Shown here: positions 42,374-47,183 of the stretch, piece by piece
Numbering within the stretch: position 1 is the stretch's first letter
How the letters are laid out: every line of letters begins with the position of its first letter
From: Gemmatimonadales bacterium
GTDB lineage: Bacteria > Gemmatimonadota > Gemmatimonadetes > Gemmatimonadales > GWC2-71-9
Length of the DNA: 47,183 nucleotides
Direction of reading: 5' to 3'
NCBI GenBank assembly: GCA_036006105.1
Contig: DASYPZ010000009.1
Coordinates: forward strand, 1-47,183
Notes under the pieces: model-generated
The model's database searches: none
Told to the model about the DNA's origin: nothing
The model's input: the letters and a program-made list of their open reading frames with translations, nothing else
Position numbers and translations under genes: made by a program

Positions 42374-42405
42374 AGGCGGGAGGGCGGTAGGGCGGTAGGG
42401 CGGTA
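42374..42405 (+). repeat. Tandem 8-mer (GGGCGGTA)x3 preceded by a degenerate copy (AGGCGGGA); G3-N1-G3-N5-G3-N5-G3 quadruplex-type motif
   Basis: Read directly at 42382-42389, 42390-42397 and 42398-42405 (perfect copies). GGG runs at 42378-80, 42382-84, 42390-92 and 42398-400. Lies in the 63-nt spacer between two convergent stops. Confidence 0.85.
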
Positions 42406-42432
42406 ACCGTCGGACAGCAGGACGCCTCCAGG

Positions 42433-43407
42433 CTACTCGCCGGCGGAATCGTCCGGCGCCCCACCCGTCCGGGCCACCTGGTCCGCCTTGACCTTCCCGG
42501 CATCGAAGCGCCGCGCGGCAGCCAGCATCTTCCCAATGACCTCGTCGGGATCCGGCGGATCTCCCTTGTGGAAGCGGATCGGATTGATCCGCGCCAGCAC
42601 GAAGGCCTTGAGATACGGGCTTTCGAGGCCGCGCGCCTTGAGCCGGGCAACCGCATCCACCACCACCGCGTCCAGCTCCGCCAGCTGCTCGGCTCGTGCC
42701 CTCCGCGCGGTCAGCGCCACGCTCAGCTTGGCAGCGCCGAACTTCTCGGTTCGCTTGAGCACCGGGTGGTACGCCCCGCCGGAAAACCTGCCGTTCTGCT
42801 GATAGCAGAGTCCCAGGGTGAGCAGGGCCGGCTCCTCGAATTCGGTGGCGTAGTCCCGCTCGGGCCGATCGCCGAGGGTGACCAGGGCCTCCGCGAGGCG
42901 GATCACCTCGAGCGCCCGTTCCCGCACGTTGTGGGCCTTCTCGGTGTTGAGCACCAGGATGCGGTGGGCGACCTCCGGCTCCGGCACCACCAGCACCAGC
43001 ACCGATTTCGCGCCCAGACTCTTGAGCGCCGCGAGCCGATGGTGCCCGTTGGGGGTGTGATAGGCACCGTCCTCATCCCGCACGACCACGATCGGATCCA
43101 CGTAGCGTCCCAGCTTCTCCATCGCCGCCGCCAGCCGGGCGACGTGGGGCTTGGAGAGGTCCCGCTGGTAGGGCGTCGGCTCGACCCGATCCACCGGCAG
43201 CGCGGCAATGAGCTGCCAGAGCCCGGCCAGCGGCTCCCGGTAGGGCCCGATGACGGCGCCACCGTCGGCCTCGATCGCCTCCATGAGGCGCATCACCGCG
43301 GCGGGCGGAACTCCGGCTCCCACCTGGCGCGCGGTCAGGCCCCGCGGCTCCGGCGCCGCCTTGACCCGCTTCTTCCGCGGCTTCTTCTCGCCTGGCTCAG
43401 CTGCCAT
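42433..43407 (-). CDS. ParB N-terminal / sulfiredoxin-fold domain protein with Lys/Arg-rich N-terminal tail (not a canonical partition ParB)
   Basis: LPVDRVEPTPYQRDLSKPHVARLAAAM ... PIVVVRDEDGAYHTPNGHHRLAALKSLG is a ParB/Srx-type motif (xGHHR). No GERRxRA box and no obvious HTH. Tail is MAAEPGEKKPRKKRVKAAP. ATG at 43407 overlaps the upstream kinase gene by 11 nt. The ORF-track extension to 43692 was rejected. Confidence 0.7.
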   Translation of the reverse strand: MAAEPGEKKPRKKRVKAAPEPRGLTARQVGAGVPPAAVMRLMEAIEADGGAVIGPYREPLAGLWQLIAALPVDRVEPTPYQRDLSKPHVARLAAAMEKLGRYVDPIVVVRDEDGAYHTPNGHHRLAALKSLGAKSVLVLVVPEPEVAHRILVLNTEKAHNVRERALEVIRLAEALVTLGDRPERDYATEFEEPALLTLGLCYQQNGRFSGGAYHPVLKRTEKFGAAKLSVALTARRARAEQLAELDAVVVDAVARLKARGLESPYLKAFVLARINPIRFHKGDPPDPDEVIGKMLAAARRFDAGKVKADQVARTGGAPDDSAGE

Positions 43408-45925
43408 GATGTCGCTCCCCGGTTGCGCGGCTCGCGAGTGGCATGCCGCCATCCGACTCCTCCAGGAGACGGCGCTGCTCCAGCACTCTGGGCCAGGCGG
43501 CGTCCTGCAATCGCGAGAGCTCGGTCGAGAATCCCGGCGCCTTGCGCACCCGGTCGAAGACGCCCGACTGGACGATGCGCTGGTCGACGCCCACCGGAGA
43601 GCGACTGAACGCGAGGCGCAAATAGCGCAGCGACTCCGTCGCGTTGCCCACCCAGGCGTAAAACGTGGCGAGCTCCTGGGCAGGCAGGACATCGGAGTAC
43701 ACCGCGTCGGTCTCCCCGTCCAGGTCGGCCACCCGGCGGAGGGAGTCCACCATGGCGCGGGACTCCTGGTCCCGTCCCGCGGCCTGGAGACACATCGCCT
43801 TCACGCCGGCATAGGGCGCCAGCTCCATCCCGGCGCACTGGGTGCCGCGGTCCTCGAGCAGCATCGCGAGCGCCTCCACCTGGCGGGCGCGCCGCAGGGT
43901 CGGCTCCATTTCGGTGGCCCGCCTGGCTTCCAGCTCGGCCATGGCATACCGGCGGGCACCCAGCGCCGCAAGCGCGTAGGTCAGGTGGCGCGCCGAGGAG
44001 AATGGGTCGAGCTCGAGGGCGCGCCGCGATTCCACCAGTGACAGGTCGGTCTTGCCTTCCCGGAGCAGCATCAGCGCGTGCCATCCCGCCACGTCGGCCT
44101 CGGCGGGGCGCATTCCCTGGGCCCGCTCGAAGTCGGCGCGGACCGTCGCGAGCGGCGCAAAGGCGAGGTACTCGATATATGCCCGGAAGGCGACCGGATC
44201 GCCGCGATCCGGCTCGAGCCGCATGGCCCGCTCGGCCAGCGCGAGCGCACGGGCGGCTGTCGGATAGCTGGGCAAGGTGGTGCGGTACCCGTAGCTGAGC
44301 TGGAGCGCGAGCGCCGTCGACAGACGGCCGACCGCTCCGGCATGGCTGGAGTCGAGGCGAATGGCGTTTTCGAACCGGCGGACCGCCTCGCTCACGCCCT
44401 CGGGAGTACGGCGCCGGAGCGCCCGCTGCCCCGCCAGGTACTCCCCGTGCGCCCCCTCGAGCCGTGCCCGTGCCGCATGGGCTTCGACCGGCAGGCGGGC
44501 GCCCTCGCCCAGCAGCGTATGGGTCACCCGGGAGACTACGTCGTCATCGATGTCGCCGAAGTTGGCGGAGTCTGGAGTGTACCGGGTGACCCACAGCTGA
44601 GCCTGGGTGGCCGCGTTGATGAGCTGGACGCTCACTTCGGTCCCGCGGTTGCTCCGACTCGGCACGAAGAGGATGAAATTCTCCACGCCAAGTGCCTGTC
44701 CCATGTCCTTGAGCGGCGGAGCCGTCGAACCGCGCCGGAGCAGCGCGCCGACCGAGAGATAATTGACGACCTTGAGGCCTTCCACCCGGCTCAGGTCGTT
44801 GCTGATGTGGTCCACCAGATCGGCGAGGATAACGGCCACCGCGCTGTCGGGCCGAAAGTACTCGGGAGGCAGTACGGCCACCGAGGCGGTGCCCGCCCTG
44901 AACGACGCGGCGGCATCGCGGCTCCGGGATCCCCAGAGCAGCAGAGCCACCACGACGAATACCACGGCGAGTCCGGCCGCGAGCCAGCGGGTCCGGTTTC
45001 CGTTCCGCCGGTCCGCCATTCGACGGGGGACGGGATACGTGCCGCTCGGCAGCGTTTCCAGCGCCGCCAGCAGCTGAGGGGCGCTCTGGTAGCGGTCCTC
45101 GGGGCGCTTTTCCAGACAGCGCATGACGATCGCGGCGAGCAGGGGCGGCGCGTCGGGGAGCAGCTCCAGGAGCGGTACCGGCGTCCGCGCCGCCTGCGCG
45201 ATCAACAGCTGCTGAATCGAGTTTCCCTCGAACGGGCGTCGGCCGGTGAGCAGCTCGTAGGCGAGGACGCCTACGGCATAGATATCGGCCCGATGGTCCA
45301 GGTCCTGTTCGCCGGTTGCCTGCTCCGGCGCCATGTAGGCCGGGGTGCCCAGCGCCACCCCACCCCCGGTCACCAACCCGTCGGAGCCCTCGCGGCGCAG
45401 CGCCTTGGACACCCCGAAGTCCGTCACCATCGCGCTCTTGCCGGCGATGAAAATATTGTCGGGCTTGATGTCGCGGTGCACGATCCCCTGGTCGTGGGCG
45501 TGCGCCAGGGCGTCCGCCACGTCGAGGAGAATGCGGCGCACTTCCTCCGCCGGAACCGCGCCGTCCCGCTCGAGCCGAGCCCGGAGCGTTTCACCCCGGA
45601 TGTACGGCATGGTGTAGTAGGGACCTCGAGTGCCCCCGGAATATTCGATGACCCCCGCGGACAGTACCGGCACGATGTGGGGATGCTGCAGCCGGGCCGC
45701 GTGCTGGATCTCGGCCCGAAAGCGCTCCACACTCAGGCCGGCCATGAGATCCGGAGGGAGCAGTTTCACGACGACTTCGCGCTGGAGCAGTGCCTCTTCG
45801 GCCACGAATACGCGCGACATGCCCCCGGCGGTCAGCTCACGGATCACCCGGAAGCCGGCCCCAAGAGTGGCCTGCAACTCGGAGCGAAGATCAGTCTGGA
45901 CTGGAACGGGAATCGCCGCCGGCAA
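43397..45925 (-). CDS. Membrane Ser/Thr protein kinase with extracytoplasmic alpha/beta plus TPR sensor region
   Basis: Kinase motifs GGMSRVFVAEE, VVVKLL, HRDIKPDNIF, DFG, APEQ. Single TM WLAAGLAVVFVVVALLLWG. The C-terminal half is rich in TPR-like helical repeats. Start is TTG at 45925, with no in-frame ATG upstream of the Gly loop. Confidence 0.85.
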   Translation of the reverse strand: MPAAIPVPVQTDLRSELQATLGAGFRVIRELTAGGMSRVFVAEEALLQREVVVKLLPPDLMAGLSVERFRAEIQHAARLQHPHIVPVLSAGVIEYSGGTRGPYYTMPYIRGETLRARLERDGAVPAEEVRRILLDVADALAHAHDQGIVHRDIKPDNIFIAGKSAMVTDFGVSKALRREGSDGLVTGGGVALGTPAYMAPEQATGEQDLDHRADIYAVGVLAYELLTGRRPFEGNSIQQLLIAQAARTPVPLLELLPDAPPLLAAIVMRCLEKRPEDRYQSAPQLLAALETLPSGTYPVPRRMADRRNGNRTRWLAAGLAVVFVVVALLLWGSRSRDAAASFRAGTASVAVLPPEYFRPDSAVAVILADLVDHISNDLSRVEGLKVVNYLSVGALLRRGSTAPPLKDMGQALGVENFILFVPSRSNRGTEVSVQLINAATQAQLWVTRYTPDSANFGDIDDDVVSRVTHTLLGEGARLPVEAHAARARLEGAHGEYLAGQRALRRRTPEGVSEAVRRFENAIRLDSSHAGAVGRLSTALALQLSYGYRTTLPSYPTAARALALAERAMRLEPDRGDPVAFRAYIEYLAFAPLATVRADFERAQGMRPAEADVAGWHALMLLREGKTDLSLVESRRALELDPFSSARHLTYALAALGARRYAMAELEARRATEMEPTLRRARQVEALAMLLEDRGTQCAGMELAPYAGVKAMCLQAAGRDQESRAMVDSLRRVADLDGETDAVYSDVLPAQELATFYAWVGNATESLRYLRLAFSRSPVGVDQRIVQSGVFDRVRKAPGFSTELSRLQDAAWPRVLEQRRLLEESDGGMPLASRATGERHHGS

Positions 45926-45982
45926 GGAGTGAATGGCGAAACTTACGAGGCGGCGTGGGGGGCCGCCAGCAGCCTCGCCGGC

Positions 45983-47183
45983 TCAGTGAACCTCGACGCG
46001 GTACGCAGCGGTTTCCACCCGTCCATGCCGCCGGACCTGGACCCAGATCCGGTACCGGCCGGGTTCGGGAAAGGCGTAGGGGAAGGTCGAGCGGCCTTCG
46101 AACATCGGCTGGTGTCCGTCGTGCGCCCCCAGCGCGCCGGACTCGGTCAGGCGCCGCCCCAGGGCGCCCCACGCAGTGTCCGCAGGGCCCCGCTCCCGGA
46201 GAGCCACCGCCGCCGCCGCCGACACCGTGCCCATCGGGTGCAGGTGGACATAGACCTTGCCATCCTCGCGCATGACCACCGCGTGTCCGCTCATGCCCAG
46301 GTACGGCTCGACGGAGCCGATCGAGCCGTCCGGCTCCCGCACCGCAAAGGTGAGCGCGGCATCCTGCCCGGCCGCGAGCGAGGGGGGTCGGTGCTCCCAG
46401 ACCAGCGAGGCGCCGCCGCTGAGCGGCGCGACGCTGTCCACCGGTGCGCCGACCAGCCAGGCGTCGTCGGGATCGAGCGGCTCCGGCGAGCCGGGTGCCG
46501 GCAGATCCACCAGCGCCACGAGCGTCCGGGCAAATCCGCTTTCGTGGGTGACATCGGCGAAGAGCCGATAATGTCCCGCCGGCAGCGGCGGCAACGGCGA
46601 TTCGAAGGCCGAGGAGTCGGTGGAGACGGGATGCAGGTGGGCAAAGGCATCGGCGTCATCCGCACGGATCACAAACAGATGCATCAGCTTTCCGTGATCG
46701 GGAATCAGCGGCGTGGCGGCGCGCTGTCGCCACCCCAGCCCCCGCCACACCGAATCCACGATGGAGAACCGAAGCCGGGGCCCATCGGCTCCAGCCACGA
46801 CCTCCGCCTTCGATTCCCAGCGACGGTCGAGACTTCGCCGGTACTCGCGGTCCACCGCGTTCCACCACCGCTTGCCCCCGCCCAGAAGCAGCACCAAGAG
46901 CAGCCCGCCCACGATCATCGCGACCCGGCCCCGGACTCGCATGCGGCGGTCCGGCATTTCTCCCGGCGGGAGCACGCTCTCCCGGGCCGCGGCGCCGATG
47001 ATGGTGATCGCGCCGGCCACCAGAATCAGGCCGAGCCCGCCCAGGATCCAGCCGAATCGCCGGTCCATGGAGAGGACCCGGGTGGCCACGGCGGACACCG
47101 GGACCATGGCGGTGCCGGTGCCGCGGTCACCGGCTACGGTGACCCGCACACTGTAGGAGCCGGGCGCCATGATCCAGAGCGGC
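45983..47183 (-). CDS. Membrane protein with repeated beta-sandwich-like domains carrying conserved HLHP histidine motifs (probably 5'-truncated by the window edge)
   Basis: The frame stays open upstream of the ATG at 47170 to the window end (..PLWIMAPGSYSVRVTV). Two TM helices, then two similar modules each containing H-x3-H/h-hhh-R-x-D-x3-5-h-x-HLHP and, about 20 aa later, G-[HR]-YR-[LI]-[FW]. No confident family name. Confidence 0.6.
   Translation of the reverse strand, partial: PLWIMAPGSYSVRVTVAGDRGTGTAMVPVSAVATRVLSMDRRFGWILGGLGLILVAGAITIIGAAARESVLPPGEMPDRRMRVRGRVAMIVGGLLLVLLLGGGKRWWNAVDREYRRSLDRRWESKAEVVAGADGPRLRFSIVDSVWRGLGWRQRAATPLIPDHGKLMHLFVIRADDADAFAHLHPVSTDSSAFESPLPPLPAGHYRLFADVTHESGFARTLVALVDLPAPGSPEPLDPDDAWLVGAPVDSVAPLSGGASLVWEHRPPSLAAGQDAALTFAVREPDGSIGSVEPYLGMSGHAVVMREDGKVYVHLHPMGTVSAAAAVALRERGPADTAWGALGRRLTESGALGAHDGHQPMFEGRSTFPYAFPEPGRYRIWVQVRRHGRVETAAYRVEVH

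Noticed and set aside
43408-43692. 95-codon N-terminal extension of the ParB-like ORF (and similar extensions at 38386-38496, 17086-17214, 2021-2080, 28145-28339, 29796-30080)
   Set aside because: The extensions overlap the 3' end or 5' end of neighbouring genes, are Arg/Ser/Pro-rich, and are not needed for the recognised domains. An internal start at or next to the upstream stop fits the operon pattern.
45926-45982. GC hairpin (GGCGGC-N7-GCCGCC, 45949-45967) between the HLHP-motif gene and the kinase, as a possible minus-strand terminator
   Set aside because: Only a 6-bp stem, and the downstream tract on the minus strand has just TTT. It could equally be a neutral GC palindrome. Not reported as a feature.
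1-47183. Search for tRNA/rRNA/tmRNA genes, CRISPR arrays, transposases, integrases, toxin-antitoxin pairs or known defence genes
   Set aside because: No spacer is long enough for an rRNA or CRISPR array. No cloverleaf-like sequence was seen in the few spacers over 60 nt. No ORF shows DDE/tyrosine-recombinase or other mobile-element motifs, restriction-enzyme motifs or STAND-type NTPase motifs. I could only check by eye, so short ncRNAs cannot be excluded.

Overview
High-GC (about two-thirds G+C by eye) bacterial chromosomal segment. It is densely packed: about 36 protein genes, spacers mostly under 100 bp, and many 4-nt stop/start overlaps, often with GTG or TTG starts. I found no rRNA, tRNA, CRISPR array, transposase, integrase or prophage gene. 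The long ORFs antisense to real genes look like high-GC artefacts. Gene order: (1) an efflux operon of TolC-like OMF, MFP and two tandem RND permeases (1-8283); (2) a GT2 / DUF2304 / GT-C membrane glycosyltransferase operon on the minus strand (8309-11089); (3) gyrA heading a tight co-directional string of PLP-dependent dehydratase, REC-GAF-degenerate GGDEF, zinc-ribbon Ser/Thr kinase, M1 aminopeptidase and PD40-like lipoprotein (11305-19652); (4) TetR, then an orphan LivJ-like binding protein overlapping a Cache-HAMP-PAS hybrid histidine kinase (19613-24235); (5) saccharopine dehydrogenase-like and thioredoxin-like genes; (6) a Tat-exported asparaginase-type Ntn hydrolase plus a POTRA-less Omp85 barrel; (7) a five-gene string of TM/helical protein, PncB, PncA, class-V aminotransferase and DUF502; (8) an orphan lipoprotein with the only clean intrinsic terminator; (9) an LtaS/sulfatase-type membrane enzyme; (10) proline dehydrogenase, a Tat small subunit and a GMC flavoprotein; (11) SelO; (12) a divergent pair of exported M20 and AstE/AspA-type amidohydrolases; (13) a His-motif repeat membrane protein, a TPR Ser/Thr kinase and a ParB/Srx-fold protein on the minus strand. 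I did not find a clear defence island or an obviously new multi-gene machine. The best leads are: the kinase translationally coupled to a ParB/Srx-like protein; the catalytically dead but I-site-positive GGDEF regulator coupled to a zinc-ribbon kinase; a repeat-built in-frame insertion in the second RND pump; a G-quadruplex-type tandem 8-mer in a convergent spacer; and the duplicated HLHP-motif membrane protein. All functional calls come from reading the translated ORFs by eye; no database search was possible.
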